Shown: in pieces, positions 50,279-62,125 of the stretch
Numbering within the stretch: the stretch's first letter is position 1
Layout: every line of letters begins with the position of its first letter
DNA from: Coniocarpon cinnabarinum
Taxonomy: Eukaryota
Assembly (NCBI GenBank): GCA_051942205.1
Contig: JAVECO010000008.1
Location: forward strand, 1-64,000
Reading direction: 5' to 3'
Length of the DNA: 64,000 nt
Made by a program: the position numbers and the translations under genes
Notes under the pieces: model-generated
The model's input: the letters and a program-made list of their open reading frames with translations, nothing else
Told to the model about the DNA's origin: nothing
Database searches by the model: none

Positions 50279-51257
50279 TTTCAACGTCTTGAAGTGCAGT
50301 TCATTCACAGTTTCGAGTGCTCGGTTCATATATGGGCAGGATTATAACTTTCCCTGCGGGGAAAGTAACAGAGCGAGCGGCTCGTGACTGATGGCAAGCC
50401 GACGACCTCATAGGAAGCAGCAAAGTGCAGGAACACGAGAGTGCTCTTGGTTTCAGATGCGCCTTCGCTACGTGTGCCGTTTCTCATAAGATTAGTTCAG
50501 ATCTATGGAGGTAGTAGACCTCATGAAATCATTCGAGTTTGTGGCGAAATCTACTGTAGGAAAGCGCTATGCCTTCGAGTTCACACTTAGTGGGCTGAAT
50601 ATATACGTCGCGACAGCAGCACATGGTCGCATGCCAATCATACGCAATGCGAGAGGCATTTGCTCCGCAGCGGTTATTGGGCTCAACCTGGATAACACTG
50701 AAGTTTTCCCACGACAATAGATCAGATCAATGGCATGGGATTACTTGGAGCGTGAGCAAGAGTTCCCGGGCGCCGAGAGATTGCCATTGGATTCTCTGAG
50801 GCAATATCTGAGGCAATGAGCGCCTGATCAAAGTGGATTGTGATCCATCAAGCTATGAAAGCTTCGGCAAAAGAGCATAGGTAAACGGAGGAATCGCTCC
50901 AGTCCTTTTGTTCCTGAGCGAGTCAAGCTCAGCCTTACCAGGCTCTATGGCGTCGCGGAAATCAACGCCAGGACGGGATCTACCGAAGTTTAGACGTGGG
51001 CGTTGACCCTGACGAGTGCATCGGCATCGGACATGTGAGACGACTTTTGACTCTCTACGAAGCTCTGTCCTAGCTCTGTCCTTCTTTTCTCTTCTCTTCA
51101 CCTAACTGGGTCGTACAGCCAAGGCTCGCCGTGCTGCCTGATTGCGGAGCTCCCCTAGCGTTCACACCAGACGGACCTACTCTTTCAGCACAATTCATGT
51201 CGTTCTCTTCCCACTTATGACACGCTCTTTCACCAATCTGTAATCTCAGCAACAGCT

Positions 51258-53260
51258 ATGGCAACTCTCAAGGACCGCGACAAGCATGGGCGACAGGCTC
51301 TTGGCAAAAACACGTTTCCTGAAATTCTAAAGGTCCGCTTGATCCAACCGCGGGAAGCGTGCGCGACTGACATCGCTTTAGGCCAAAGTTTTGATGGTTG
51401 GCGCTGGCGGCATTGGATGCGAACTGCTCAAGAACCTTGTTCTGACAGGCTTTGGCGAAGTTGACATTATTGATCTCGACACAATCGATTTGAGCAACCT
51501 CAATCGACAATTCCTTTTTGGTCACGAACACATCAAGCGCTCCAAGGCTCTGGTTGCAAAGGAGACTGCATCGCGCTTCAACCCGCGCGTCAAAATTGAA
51601 GCACATCACGCCAACATCAAAGACCCACAATTCGGTCTGAAATGGTTCAAGGGCTTCGACATAGTCTTCAACGCTCTCGACAACCTTGATGCACGGCGGC
51701 ATGTCAATAAGATGTGCCTGGCCGCAGACGTGCCATTGATAGAGAGCGGAACGACCGGCTTCAACGGTCAAGTGCAAGTCATTAAAAAGGGCGTGTCGGA
51801 GTGCTACGACTGCAGCTTCAAAGAGACGCCAAAAACCTTTCCTGTCTGTACCATAAGAAGTACGCCAAGCTTACCGATTCATTGCATCGTCTGGGCCAAG
51901 AGCTATCTTTTCGCCGAGATACTGGGCACGAGTGAAGACGATGCGCCTGAACTTGATACCACAGAAGATTCAGAAAATGCCAAAGAGATCGAAAAGCTGC
52001 GTGAGGAGGCGCATGCGTTGAAAAGGATACGAGAATCCATGGGCACAGAGGACTTCCCTCTTCAAGTTTTCCAAAAGGTGTTTGTCGATGACATTGAGCG
52101 GTTGCGGAGCATGGAGGACATGTGGAAGCATCGTCAAAAGCCCGCTTTGCTCAACTTTGACGAACTCAAGCAACAAGCACTGGGCGTGGGTGAAGCCATC
52201 GCAGATAAAGACCAAGTAATCTGGACGGTGGCCGAGAACTTCGCTGTGTTCTGCACAAGCTTGAAGACGCTGTCCGATCGACTGGACGAGTTGCGCGCGA
52301 ACAATAGCTTGGGAAACGCGGCGCCTGTGCTGAGTTTCGACAAAGACGATAAAGATACCCTTGACTTCGTTGCGTCGGCAGCTAATTTGCGATCGATGAT
52401 ATTCGGCATCGACCCGAAGTGCGAATTTGAAATCAAACGTGAGTCGTGGAGTCTTGAATTGTGAACAAGAAGAATGAAGACTGACAAGAACAGAAATGGC
52501 CGGCAACATCATTCCAGCGATCGCTACTACCAACGCGATGACCGCCTCGATGTGTGTGATGCAAGCGCTGAAGGTCTTGCGCGGCGACTACGGGAAAGCT
52601 CGTCTACAGTTCCTTTCACACGCCCCTGAGCGCCTCATTATGACCGAGCCGCTACGTCCGCCAAATCCTGAGTGTCCAGTCTGCGGGATTTGCCAGGCCT
52701 TCCTCAGTGTTGATCTCACTCGTGCGACCTTGCGCGACCTCGTTGAGACACTGCTGAAAGGGCATTTAGCCTATGGAGAGGAGTTCTCGGTGAGCACCCC
52801 AGCTGGCCAGATCTGGGATCCTGATATGGATGAGAACCTCGACAGAACTCTCGAGAGCTTTGGCATCAAGCAGGATACATTTTTGACGGTCTATGATGAT
52901 GCGGACGAAGACCCTCGTGTCAATCTTGTGCTTGCCGTCCTAGGGGATTCAATTCCAGCCGATCAAAGCCCAGTCTCCCTGGCAGAGACTGTCAACATCC
53001 CACGAAAACCAAAGCAGGCGAAGCCGCAAGTCAACGGACAGTGGAACGGCTTGGTTCTCCCTGACCAAGCCAATGGCATCATGTCTGACAATAAAAAGCG
53101 CAAGCGAGAGATGGATGAAGCGGACGTTGAGGTTGAGCTTGCCACGAAGAAGGGTAAGGTTGTGGAGGAACCGTCGCCGACCAAGCACAAGCAGAAAACA
53201 GACAATGAGGATGTGCAAGTGGTCAATGACCAAGCCGACGGTGCGATAGTGATCGACTGA
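51258..53260 (+). CDS. UBA2: SUMO-activating enzyme E1 subunit Uba2, 3 exons (51258-51332, 51382-52438, 52494-53260)
   Basis: VLMVGAGGIGCELLKNL, DLDTIDLSNLNRQFLF, ECYDC, catalytic KTFPVCTIRSTPS, MAGNIIPAIATTNAM, PPNPECPVC. Confidence 0.96.
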
Positions 53261-53676
53261 AGTTTACACTAACGATGGCATGAACTTTGATGATTTACGC
53301 ATAGCGATGGAGTGCCCGGACAGCATGAGATCAGGGCGGGCCTGCTTGGCAATAGTGAACTGTACAGCTGCATTGATGGCGTTGCATATTGCGGCTCGCC
53401 GCGCAGCTCAAGGAGCTCATATACCCTGGTAAGTGACCGACATTAGAGAGCCTCGATAGATAACTAAATATATTGAGCCTTTGTGCTTTATGAGCGTGAT
53501 AAGTATCTCCTCAGTGTCTACAGACTGACTCAGACATTTTGCTCTGTCCGAGTCTTTCTGTGACTTTTCCAGGATCTGACATTATGACATAAGGAGCGCT
53601 TTGATCACGCTTTTCTACTCTACAACTGGTGTCGCAAAAGGGGCCACGGGCATTCGCCGTTATGCGCATAGCCCAC

Positions 53677-53684
53677 GTCACGTG
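53677..53684. promoter_or_regulatory. GTCACGTG E-box (Cbf1/bHLH-type) upstream of CEF1
   Basis: RTCACGTG match about 130 bp before the ATG at 53814; function inferred only. Confidence 0.35.
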
Positions 53685-53813
53685 AGCAGCAATTGCTTGG
53701 CAAGCGCCTTGCCCAGAAAGATATCATTCTTTGGACTCCTCTAACCACATCCATATTCACATATATGTTGGCAGTATTCCTTAACACGCTTGACACTGTC
53801 TGCATCCGCAATC

Positions 53814-56129
53814 ATGACGACGGTCAAAGGTGGTCAGTGGACGAACATCGAGGACGAGATCCTTAAAGCCAGTGTCAGCAAGTACGGCCTTAACCAGTGG
53901 GCTCGGGTATCTTCTCTGCTCGCGCGCAAGTCAGCCAAACAATGCAAAGCTCGATGGCAGGAATGGTTGGACCCCGCTATCCGCAAGGTCGAATGGTCAA
54001 AAGAGGAGGATGAGAAGCTGTTACATTTGGCCAAGTTGATGCCGACGCAATGGCGGACTTTGGCGCCCATGGTGGGGCGTACCGCACAGCAGTGCCTGCA
54101 GCGATATCAGAAGCTACTGGACGATGCGGAAAAGAGGGAGAACGATGATCTGGGACTGATGGGTCCGGAAGGCGGCGAGTCCCAAGCACCCAGCGCAGAT
54201 GATGTCCGTCGTTTACGGCCCGGCGAGGAAGACCCAGATCCTGAGAACAAGCCTGCTTTGCCAGATACTATTGATATGGATGAGGATGAAAAGGAGATGC
54301 TTTCGGAGGCGCGCGCCCGTCTGGCGAACACAAAGGGCAAGAAGGCCAAGCGCAAAGCCCGTGAGCGGCAGTTGGAGGAGTCGCGGCGACTTGCATTATT
54401 GCAAAAACGCAGAGAGCTCAAGAACGCAGGGATCAATATCAAGATCAACAATCGCAAGCCTGGGCAGATGGACTACAATGCGGATATCCCCTTCGAGAAG
54501 GCACCGGCGCCCGGCTTCTACGACACACAAGACGAACAGACAGTCAACGAGCGTGAGAGAGAAGCCTTTGATCCTCGGAAAAAGCAGCTCGCCAATAAGC
54601 GGAAGCAAGATGACCAAGAGCAGAACGAGGACGACGACAATCGCAAGCGCCGCAAGGGCGACAAGTCATCTTCCAATGCCTTTGCTGCAGCTGCAAAAGC
54701 CGGACAAATACACAAGATTCGCGAAGCTGAGCGTCAATCGAAGCGTCGAGCGCTTAACCTGCCTGCGCCTCAGGTTGGCGAGTCTGAGCTCGAAAGCATT
54801 GTCAAAATGGGCATGGCAGGCCAGGGCTCCGCCGACGATTCCATGTCCGGGGACTATTCGCGGGATGGCGTTATTGATGCAACGCCTCTCCGCACCCCTC
54901 AAGTGCAGAAGGAAGAGGACCGCATTGCCAATGAAGTCCGCAACGCTCGTCTCCGTACCGAAACTCAGTCTGCTCTGCTTGGAGGCGACAATCCAGACCT
55001 CGACGACGCAGACTCGACAACGACTACCGGCTACGAGGGCGCTACTCCATCGAAGAACGTGGCTGCTACTCCGAACCCTCTCGCTACACCACTCCGCCAA
55101 GCAGACATCAACGCTACTCCTCGAGGTCCCGGCGCAACACCCCTGCGCACCCCTCGAGACTCCTTCAAGCTCAATCAGACGCCCCAAAGCTCCGTCGCCT
55201 CCACCCCTCGCGACCTCAAACTCGCCCAGCGCGACTCTCGCTCCGCCTTCGCCGCCAAATTAGGCGCCCTGCCTAAGCCCAAAGCCACAGACTTCGAGCT
55301 CGAACTCCCAGAAGAACAAGCCGAGACCGCTCCTCTCTCTGCTGCCGTGAAAGAAGAAGACGCGGCGGTGCGAGACGCGCGATTTGCTGCGATCCGCGAG
55401 GAACAAGCACGGAAAGAACGATTACGCCAGACGCAGGTGATACAGCGCAATTTGCCGCGTCCCGCGTTTGTAGACGCCAAGCGCATGCTCGATTCCATCG
55501 GCGACGTCGGCGACTCCGCAGAAATGGCGATAGTGCGGGAATCCGTGGTGCTCATGGCGCACGACGCGCGCAAATTCCGCGGACAAGAGAACATCGCCGA
55601 AGCGGGCGCTATGCCCCAACTGGATCGCTTCACCGACAAGGAATTGGCAGATGCTCGTGCGGAGATCGCGCTCGAAAGCAGCATGGTGCCGCATCGGGAC
55701 GAGAACTTGCAGGCGCTCGTTTCAGCATGGGAGGATTTACATGGCAACGACGCGGTTGACCAGTTTGTTGACCACGTCACGGAGGCGGAACTCTCTGCGC
55801 ATTTTGAAGTCGTAGAGGAGAACATGACGAACATGGCTGTCTCTGCGAATGAGATCGAAAAGAAACTAGCAAAAACGCTGGGAGGGTATCAGGCGCGGTC
55901 GAAGCTGCTGAGGGGCAAGGTGGGAGAAGCGGCGGAGGCGCTGGAGAAGGCCAGGATTGAGGTTGAGGTGAAGCGGGCGGCGCAGGTGGCGGAGGACGCG
56001 GCGGTTGATGAAAGGTTGGAGAGGCTTAGAGAGGATGTTAGGGTTGTGATGAGGAGGGAGAGAGCAGGGCAGGAGGAGTTTAGGGGGTTGAAGGAGGAGC
56101 TGGAAGCTTTGAGAGTGGGTGAGGTGTAG
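53814..56129 (+). CDS. CEF1: Pre-mRNA splicing factor Cef1/Cdc5 (Myb repeats, NTC complex)
   Basis: KGGQWTNIEDEILKASVSKYGLNQWARVSSLL, WSKEEDEKLLHLAKLMPTQWRT, DMDEDEKEMLSEARARLANTKGKKAKRKARE, TP repeats. Confidence 0.98.
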   Translation: MTTVKGGQWTNIEDEILKASVSKYGLNQWARVSSLLARKSAKQCKARWQEWLDPAIRKVEWSKEEDEKLLHLAKLMPTQWRTLAPMVGRTAQQCLQRYQKLLDDAEKRENDDLGLMGPEGGESQAPSADDVRRLRPGEEDPDPENKPALPDTIDMDEDEKEMLSEARARLANTKGKKAKRKARERQLEESRRLALLQKRRELKNAGINIKINNRKPGQMDYNADIPFEKAPAPGFYDTQDEQTVNEREREAFDPRKKQLANKRKQDDQEQNEDDDNRKRRKGDKSSSNAFAAAAKAGQIHKIREAERQSKRRALNLPAPQVGESELESIVKMGMAGQGSADDSMSGDYSRDGVIDATPLRTPQVQKEEDRIANEVRNARLRTETQSALLGGDNPDLDDADSTTTTGYEGATPSKNVAATPNPLATPLRQADINATPRGPGATPLRTPRDSFKLNQTPQSSVASTPRDLKLAQRDSRSAFAAKLGALPKPKATDFELELPEEQAETAPLSAAVKEEDAAVRDARFAAIREEQARKERLRQTQVIQRNLPRPAFVDAKRMLDSIGDVGDSAEMAIVRESVVLMAHDARKFRGQENIAEAGAMPQLDRFTDKELADARAEIALESSMVPHRDENLQALVSAWEDLHGNDAVDQFVDHVTEAELSAHFEVVEENMTNMAVSANEIEKKLAKTLGGYQARSKLLRGKVGEAAEALEKARIEVEVKRAAQVAEDAAVDERLERLREDVRVVMRRERAGQEEFRGLKEELEALRVGEV

Positions 56130-56871
56130 TTCTCGAAAAGCGAGTTTGCATATCATTGTTGGCGATACACATGAGGTTTCGGTGTAAGATATGGTAGCGA
56201 GGTAACATTCCTCCAACCACTGCATTCACTTCTACACCAGCACCTCTAACCTTCCTGCTCTCCATCGAGTCCGGATCAATAGCATTTGCCTCAAAATGGC
56301 GCATTGCTACGTGAAGCGTAGATGATTTTTGTCGTCCTGTCTAGAGACGCAATACTTCGTAAAGTTCAAGGCTCATAGCCAGATCTAGACGACTAAACAT
56401 CTGAGTCCGTTCCGTCGATGACCTTTCCGTAATATTCCTCTAAGCCAAACATACCATCTCGTTCGAACAGCAAGAAGATCAAGTCGAACTCTGAGATTCG
56501 AGGTCGCCCCAGGTCGTATCATACTCCGCAAATCATCCGGAAAGCCTGCGTTTTCGTGGAGCTGCAACGCTGCCATGTAAGCGGGTTGCCGGTTTCAAGT
56601 AGAAAACGCCGTTGGAGCCGTCTGTCCGTCGGCGACAACTGATGAGCGCCTGGTCGTAACCCCGAACGCGGGTTTGTGTGCTAGTCCTATGGAGTTGCGC
56701 AGTCCTGTGGGTAGGACGCTCATGCTTGTGGACCTCAATGGTTTTGATCTTGGGGATTGTCTTGCCGGGCAGACCCCTTTCCGTGCGCCAGGTCGATCTA
56801 TATGGCGGTACTGGGAGGTAAACCGAGAATGGACCGTAATACAGCACTGCAGCATTTTTCACTTCAAACTT

Positions 56872-58464
56872 TCAACCCTCGATGTCCATGCTCTCGAATT
56901 CCTCCCTCAACTCATCCATAGGAATCTCCAAATCTTCCTCATCTTCCTCATCACTCCCACCTTCAACACCCTCCATCTCCTCTGCCCCACTGGCTCCGTT
57001 CGCCGCGCCGTTTGCACCAGCGCCGTTCAAAGGCACTCCGTTCGCCTCACGCGCTCGTTCCGCCTTATAAACATCCATCGCCTGCCTCAACTCCGCATCC
57101 TCCTCCACATCCCTCAAAAACATCTCGTAATCCGCCTCCTCCCCACTCCTCTCCATCCCCTTCCTTGGACCCTGTTCCTGCCCATCCTCCCTCGCCATCC
57201 GCCGCAGCTTCCAATTGCGACTCTTCGGCTTCTTGCGCTTGGGATATGATTTCTTGACCAGTATCACGTCCGGAATCTGTGACGAGTACTTGGGCGACTC
57301 TTGGATGGCGTCGAGTTGGGCGTTATTGAAGTTCGCACCGGAGAGGAAATACCCCAGTGCGTTGTCGCCCGGATGTAGCAAGTGGCCGAGATGCGTCCGG
57401 ACGGTGTATTCTTCGTCGTTGACGCCGAAATCGGCAGCGCGACGGACGGTCGCGTCAGCGAGGGCGTAGCGGCCTTTTTCAGGACCGAGGAGCTCAATGT
57501 CCATGATGACGAATTCGGTGAGTTGGCGAACATCTGCGAGGGACTGGAAAGGTTGGCGCCAGAAGACATGAGTGCTGAGATCGGCGGTGCGAAGGGTTTG
57601 CGGGTCAATGAGGTTAACGGCAGTGCCGATGCGGTGGCAGAGGACTAGTGGTGCGACGTTTGCGAGTTGGTTAGCAAGTTTGAGAGGCAACGCGACGAGG
57701 TCGTCTTTACAGATGGGGACAAGCTCGACGGAGTAGTTGAATTTGTAGGACTTTTGCGAGGTGTGCACGTCCATGCTGATGAGCTGCTGGCTCTTCTTGA
57801 CGCGGACGGGAGCAACGCTGTTGAGGAAGTCGACGAACTTCTCGGCGCTGTTGCGTTGCGCGAAGAAGAAGTCAATGCCTGCATCGACTTCTTTGATGTT
57901 GATCGTTTCGCGATGCGCGTTCATCTTGAGGATGAGCTGTTCGAGGTAGAGAAACGTGCGTTTGTGCGGCACCTTTTGGCGGACCTGGACATTGGCACGC
58001 CATGTGTTATGTGTATAGCTTTTGGCGCAGTCGGGACATTGATAGTGCTGGACAATGTATTCAACTTGAAAGGTTTGTTGCACGATTGCACCAGCATGAT
58101 CTTGTTGAACCGTAATCTTGACTCGTACGCGTCTGCTATGTGGTTCCGTCCAGACAAAGCTTGCGTCAATGATACGCGCCTTGTTGAGGCCGCGTAGTCT
58201 GCGCAGACATAATGCTAAGAGTTCGCGAGACTCGAGGGCTGCAGTGACCCATTGTGAAGGCGGAGAAAACCAGCGATCGCAGTCACGGCATGTGTGCAGT
58301 TGGGCTTCTCTTTGGATACCAGTGGTAATGTCGACTTTCGTACGGAGACAGGACTCGCAGATAGCACCGGCGATGGTGCCGTCAATAGGTACGCCGCATT
58401 CGCAGCAAAGGATCGTGGGTGGGCCTTGGGTCGGAGGCGCGAGGGGCAATGTGTCAGTAGCCAT
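56872..58464 (-). CDS. NMD3: 60S ribosomal export adaptor Nmd3
   Basis: CCECG..CESC, CRDC, FVWTEPHSRRVRVKITVQ, QCPDCAKSYT, VQVRQKVPHKRTFLYLEQLILK, RNWKLRRM. Confidence 0.98.
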   Translation of the reverse strand: MATDTLPLAPPTQGPPTILCCECGVPIDGTIAGAICESCLRTKVDITTGIQREAQLHTCRDCDRWFSPPSQWVTAALESRELLALCLRRLRGLNKARIIDASFVWTEPHSRRVRVKITVQQDHAGAIVQQTFQVEYIVQHYQCPDCAKSYTHNTWRANVQVRQKVPHKRTFLYLEQLILKMNAHRETINIKEVDAGIDFFFAQRNSAEKFVDFLNSVAPVRVKKSQQLISMDVHTSQKSYKFNYSVELVPICKDDLVALPLKLANQLANVAPLVLCHRIGTAVNLIDPQTLRTADLSTHVFWRQPFQSLADVRQLTEFVIMDIELLGPEKGRYALADATVRRAADFGVNDEEYTVRTHLGHLLHPGDNALGYFLSGANFNNAQLDAIQESPKYSSQIPDVILVKKSYPKRKKPKSRNWKLRRMAREDGQEQGPRKGMERSGEEADYEMFLRDVEEDAELRQAMDVYKAERAREANGVPLNGAGANGAANGASGAEEMEGVEGGSDEEDEEDLEIPMDELREEFESMDIEG

Positions 58465-58839
58465 TAGGATAGATTTTGGGATTTGAAAGAGAAATACCAG
58501 ACAAGGGAGGCCGTAGTGAGAGAGCGTAGATCGTGGGACGGAGGTAGACTACGTATTCATGGCGTTCAGGTGAATGGCAGTACGTTCGAGAAGTTTTGGT
58601 GAGTAATATTGTCACAGAGCCCTTTACAAATGTTTATGGGAAATGACGTCACGGCAAAGGTCTTGAAGAACAGGCATTTTAGGAAGGTTTCGCGATTGTG
58701 CTCATGGCCTTTGGAAGCATGGCTCATACCTCTCTATATGAGGAGTCTTGGTCGAGATTGCGTATTGATCCGGTTCAAAATCCAGTGCCGACGTCCTATT
58801 CAATTCTGACCTTTGCGGTCAGTGAGTAGGGCGGCTCGC

Positions 58840-58849
58840 ATCACGTGAC
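58840..58849. promoter_or_regulatory. ATCACGTGAC E-box upstream of NMD3
   Basis: RTCACGTG match on both strands, about 380 bp upstream of the NMD3 ATG; function inferred only. Confidence 0.3.
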
Positions 58850-60396
58850 ATTGCCCTCCTAGAAGTATGCTTTCGTGTCGACCCATCATTTTCCGGCGCT
58901 TATTTCCAGAGTGACCAAAGCAACAAAATCGCAGCTAATACTATGCTAGCAAAACATTCGTGACGTCCTGATGGATTGAGATCGCAAGGTTCCTAGGCAG
59001 AGACTCGTATCACACCAATCCGAATGCGAAATTATCACCATCTTTCAATCAATTGGAGGTAATTCTGCCATGCTGAACCCAGGCTAAATCGTGGAAGTTT
59101 TCCCAAACTTGTGACTTTGACGGTCTCGTCTTCATGGCCGCTAGTGGCCGGCAATGAAAGCCTCTCAGATTCAGCTTTGGCGCGATGCGCACATCCTGTC
59201 TGTCGACCGATCCCCTGCTGCCCAAACGCACGAGCACCCAACCATCCTTGATCTTTATCAAAGCAAGTCTCCTCGTGAAGGTGTTTCAAATTTCTGATGG
59301 TCCACACTGCACGATGCCCAAGCCTTTAGCATCATATGGTTGAGCTCATCATGACGTTTTGTTGTCCAAATTATCATCGTGAGATTAGCTGCCTGAGAAA
59401 CGGTTGTCTCAGGGCATCAGCCTTCCACAAACTGTGTTCGAGTAGACTCGAGAAGAAACAGAGCGAAGAACGCATGGCACTTTGAGGTTAATACCTACAG
59501 CACAATCATGTGTCGGAAGAAAAGGTGAAAGTGCTTTACTCTTTGTTCAAAGGTCTATTCAATCCGGAGAGTATTTTTGACAACTACAAGTCTTTTTTGA
59601 CTGGTTTTGAAGGTGAGTTTGGTTGGCTTGAAGACTGATATACTATTTTGAGATAAGGCCAACTCATCCAAGCCCTCGCGGGAGGAGAGCATGAGGATTT
59701 GTTGTCCTACCACCGTTTCGTTTCAAAAGTAAGCACTAGACTCTTAGATGGGGATGTTGCTGTCCGTAGAGAAAGAGAGAGAGAGCAAGAGCTCAGCATA
59801 TTTCCCACATTGCAAGACGTTGTAGCTATCGCGGTAATGCCAGTTGAAGGGTCGTTGCGCAAGTCAGACTTACCTAAATGTTAGTGATGTTTACTGCCAA
59901 CATCACGACTCAAGCCGTCAATGGACGGTGCTTTACAACGTCAGCGATACAGCATAAGTAATATCCGCGCTCGACAACAGCTGGATACGGAAGACTGCTT
60001 GAAAATAGGGAGTAGTGCGGTTCCGGTCGCGACTAGCAGCAGCAGCAGTGTATACACTTTTCTCCGGCAACAAGAGCGTGAAATAATCCGCCCCCGGGCG
60101 TTTTCCATCTTGCCACGTGCTGTTTGCAGTTTCAATAATTGCAATGCTAAGTCGATCGACAGGTCGACGCACGTTCCTAAAGAGGTATTGAATTTTTAAA
60201 AAGGCAGGCGGATAGTTGCCAGCCTAGAATTCATAGCGTCTCTCTCGGATGGACTTCTTTTCCAACTCCACTAACATACCAGCCTTCGTCGTCGTCATGA
60301 GTCGTCGTTGCTACACGTTTTGGCGCCTTGAGTTCCCTTGAGCGCATTATCGTCAGCGCAGTTGTTCTCTGTGCGTGTCAATGTAATGCTTGAAAC

Positions 60397-62125
60397 TTAC
60401 CAGCTTCCGACCCGTTCGTGTCCCATGACTGAGTCATCGCCGTTTCCAAAAGTCACACCGCCTTCCGCATCTTTGCTTCTCGGACTGGTTGGACTGTTGT
60501 CAGTAAGATCAGGGTCGCTAGGAAGCCTGTGGACCCCTCTGAATCCTCGAGGTGTGCCCTTGGGAGCACCAGTGCCGGGATTCGGTGGGTCAAAGGCCGT
60601 GCTCTGGTTCTTCTTGTTGCGCTGCACGACAGTCATGCCGCAGCAGCCGACAAGAACTACCATCACCACGCACAAGACTGCGAGAGTCACAACGGCCCCT
60701 ATGGCGCCCGCTGATGACGGGCTAAGCTGACCGTGGAAACCATTCGCGTTACTCCCTTTGTCATTGATCGCATTGATGCATGTCGTGTTGTATGCCATAC
60801 AGAATGGCGCTACGTCCCAAGAGCCGCATGCAGTGCACCAATCCCCAGGATCGTTCATCGCAAACCCGTTCATCGCGTTAGCAAAGTCTCCGAAGTCCAT
60901 ATCGGTTACGCCGGAGCCAAAGAGTGGATATATCGTAAATTGTTGCGGCATAAGATTATCAATGGTATCAGTGCCGTTTATGTACAAGAAGCGCACGCGT
61001 AAGCCATCGTAGTTGTCAACATTGGTCAGAGATGTCATGTTGGGCGAAAAAAGTTCGAACGCCATCGCGGATGCATAGTTGGGCATGCCGTAGAAATCTT
61101 GACTGGCGCTGGGAAGCTGTGCTAACGCAGCGAAGGAAAGCATTGCAGGAAATTCGCCAAAGAATAAGTTCAGCTGACCTTGCTGACCATACTCCTGAAG
61201 CAGGTTGACCATTCTTCGCAAGATTGCTTGAGCGAATGTCTGGCCGGCGACGGTGCTGATACTGGTGTTTTGTGGATAGCCCCAGTATCCCCACTGCCAT
61301 AGGTTCGAGTAGGCACGAAGCCGTTGAAGATCACCCACAAGTGTGCCATTGACCAACTCATTCCTCACATTGCCATCGTGATTGTACAGATACGACACAT
61401 AGTCATACACGCCAAAAGCATTTTCCCACGTGTAGAACTCTGCAGGCAATTTGTCGTCCCCAAGCACCGAGCCCACCCGCGAGTAGAAGTCTCGAGAGTC
61501 GGCGAGCGCACTGGCAAAACCGTCCGTCGTAACGAAGTCGTTGTTGAACTGGAAGGCGTTGCACATCGCGGATCCGTCGACATAGATTGATCTTGCATCG
61601 TTTGGTCCGACCGTCTGAATCCACGGCAATTGGCGGCCGCCCAAGGGATATGTATCTTGAGTCCCGTTCGACAAGTCTGCCGTCAAATCATCGGCAGGAT
61701 CGTATGGGGGGTACAAAGTCTCGATGAACGACTGTGCCGATGCCAGCGCATACTGAGAGTCATCGGCGAGGAAATACGTCTGTTGTTGGTCGATCAACCC
61801 AGCAGATATACCTGGGATGGACGTGCTCGAGTTGGAATTGAGGTATCTTTGGCGAAACTAGTCGGCAGTATTAGTCCGACTGAGCGGTGATCGAGTCAAT
61901 GCGCTGGCATGCACATACCGTGTTTCCTAGCGAGCTCATCTGATTTGCGCCATACGCGGTGAGGGTCGTGATATTAGTAAATTGGTTGATCAGCGGCGTT
62001 CGTTCGCCTGTCCGAACAAAGGCAAACGTGCCGAATACAGTCTCTTCCTGCGCATCGCCAAAGTCGACGAGCGACAGCAGTGCTACAATAAACTGCGCAA
62101 GACGTCCAGGGCGGGACAACGCCAT
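60397..62125 (-). CDS. Histidine acid phosphatase (branch 2)-like type I membrane protein, probably catalytically inactive, 2 exons (62125-61919, 61857-60397)
   Basis: Signal peptide; FVRTGERTP (RHGxRxP variant), LTAYGANQM..LG.T|FRQRYL, SAQSFIETLYPP, PNYASAMAFELF, DWCTACG; C-terminal TM helix AGAIGAVVTLAVL. Confidence 0.85.

Noticed and set aside
54199..55263. 354-aa alternative-frame ORF inside CEF1, and similar shadow ORFs in SPF31, NMD3 and UBA2
   Set aside because: These are off-frame or antisense by-products of codon bias in real genes.
3402..56129. Several splicing-related genes (SPF31, PPIL3, DBR1, CEF1) share the window with the intron-bearing tRNA
   Set aside because: They are scattered over 50 kb among unrelated genes. 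Housekeeping genes are dense here and nothing indicates a functional cluster.
56560..56853. Possible structured ncRNA of about 290 nt downstream of NMD3 (13-bp terminal helix with G-U pairs, internal hairpins, CTGATGA, T5 run)
   Set aside because: I found no convincing RNase P/MRP P4, SRP helix 8, U3, snR30 or hammerhead core. A helix of this kind with G-U pairs can arise by chance. An Rfam cmscan would settle it.
58900..59700. ORF fragments suggesting a decayed gene upstream of NMD3 (similarly 35100-36900 and 7570-8200)
   Set aside because: No identifiable homology or coherent exon chain by eye, so a pseudogene call cannot be supported.
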